Under the pieces are notes generated by a model that saw only the letters and a list, made by a program, of their open reading frames with translations, made no database searches and was not told the origin of the DNA. DNA of 64,000 bases from a bacterium (GTDB taxonomy: Bacteria; Patescibacteriota; Minisyncoccia; Phycocordibacterales; Phycocordibacteraceae): the NCBI GenBank assembly GCA_023269085.1, contig JAHFML010000002.1, forward strand, positions 65,266-129,265. Reading direction: 5' to 3'. Of this stretch, positions 63,389 through 64,000 are shown piece by piece. Within the stretch, counting starts at the first letter, position 1. Every line of letters starts with the position of its first letter. The position numbers were made by a program, and so were the translations under genes.

Positions 63389-64000
63389 ATGCATACACAA
63401 GTAACAAAGCACATCTCGTTCCTCGCCGTTTTAGTCTTTGTATTTCTTATCCACTCCACAGTCGCTTCAGCGGCGACGATAACCTGCCCTGGTAGGCCGG
63501 ACGTAACACTTACATGGTCGTCGACCAACCCTAGTTTGTGCACGGGTGGTTTTACTGGTGATTGGAGCGGTGTTGCCGCGTGCAGTTTTACCCCAAACGC
63601 AGGTGGTAGTAAATCAATCGCCAATGGGAACTCGTGTGTGGTGACCTACAACTGCATAAAGACTGGCGGCCAGGTGCTCACTTCACAACAAGACACACTC
63701 GTTTATGATCCAACGAAGACGTGGAACGGAACTTCCTGCGTAGCTCCCGCAGTGCCATCGCTCGATGTCCCGTCTGGTGTGATTGTTCCGGCACAGTCGG
63801 TCACTTTTTTCTGGAGCTGTCCGACAGGATCGACGTCGTCAGAAGGAGTCGGATTCTCAACAGGAGGTGCTCTCTCGGGTAATGTAACATTCACAGGCCC
63901 GAATCAAACGTCTAGTTATCAATTGAAGTGTTTGGCAGGCGTAACGGAGACCTTTTCTCCGATTAAGACATTGACAGTGACACAACCGACAGTTTCGATT
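63389..64000 (+). CDS. Partial secreted Cys/Thr-rich Ig-like surface protein
   Basis: Manual translation MHTQVTKHISFLAVLVFVFLIHSTVASAA...VTLTWSSTN..C; open to the window end. Confidence 0.7.
   Translation, partial: MHTQVTKHISFLAVLVFVFLIHSTVASAATITCPGRPDVTLTWSSTNPSLCTGGFTGDWSGVAACSFTPNAGGSKSIANGNSCVVTYNCIKTGGQVLTSQQDTLVYDPTKTWNGTSCVAPAVPSLDVPSGVIVPAQSVTFFWSCPTGSTSSEGVGFSTGGALSGNVTFTGPNQTSSYQLKCLAGVTETFSPIKTLTVTQPTVSI

Noticed and set aside
1-64000. Alternative genetic code (TGA=Gly, code 25)
   Set aside because: Long conserved genes are uninterrupted under code 11, and several end at TGA at the expected position (e.g. lepB, infB, clpB, dprA, dnaX).

Overview
A GC-rich bacterial chromosome segment with the gene content of a Patescibacteria/CPR (Parcubacteria-like) genome: short IF-2, truncated RelA/SpoT, a tandem cluster of VirB2/TrbC-like pilins, a stand-alone VirD4/TrwB-like ATPase and many leaderless genes. 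Code 11 is indicated by tRNA-Trp(CCA) and TGA stops. Core genes include lepB, pth, rpsA, gyrA, rbfA, infB, iscS-like, clpB, rpmG, miaA, ahpC, parB, relA, topA, dprA, serS, dus, dnaX, gdhA, pyk, tgt and uvrB, plus 7 tRNAs. The main signal is a palindromic-repeat system. Two divergent HUH/Y1 (RAYT-like) transposases are each bracketed by inverted copies of their own short 3-nt-loop palindrome (family A AAGGT-N3-ACCTT; family B TATCGAAGT-CWG-ACTTCG). About 27 manually counted copies of four palindrome families (A-D) occur as singlets or REPIN-like doublets. Many are inserted in frame within housekeeping genes (topA x2, uvrB x2, tgt x2-3, dus, iscS, miaA and the transposase itself), and one appears to replace the TGT zinc-binding Cys motif. 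Separately, three tRNA loci carry duplicated tRNA halves, two next to HNH or LAGLIDADG-like endonuclease genes and one bracketing a 140-bp non-coding mini-element. All calls are by eye from the sequence and ORF track; no database searches were run.
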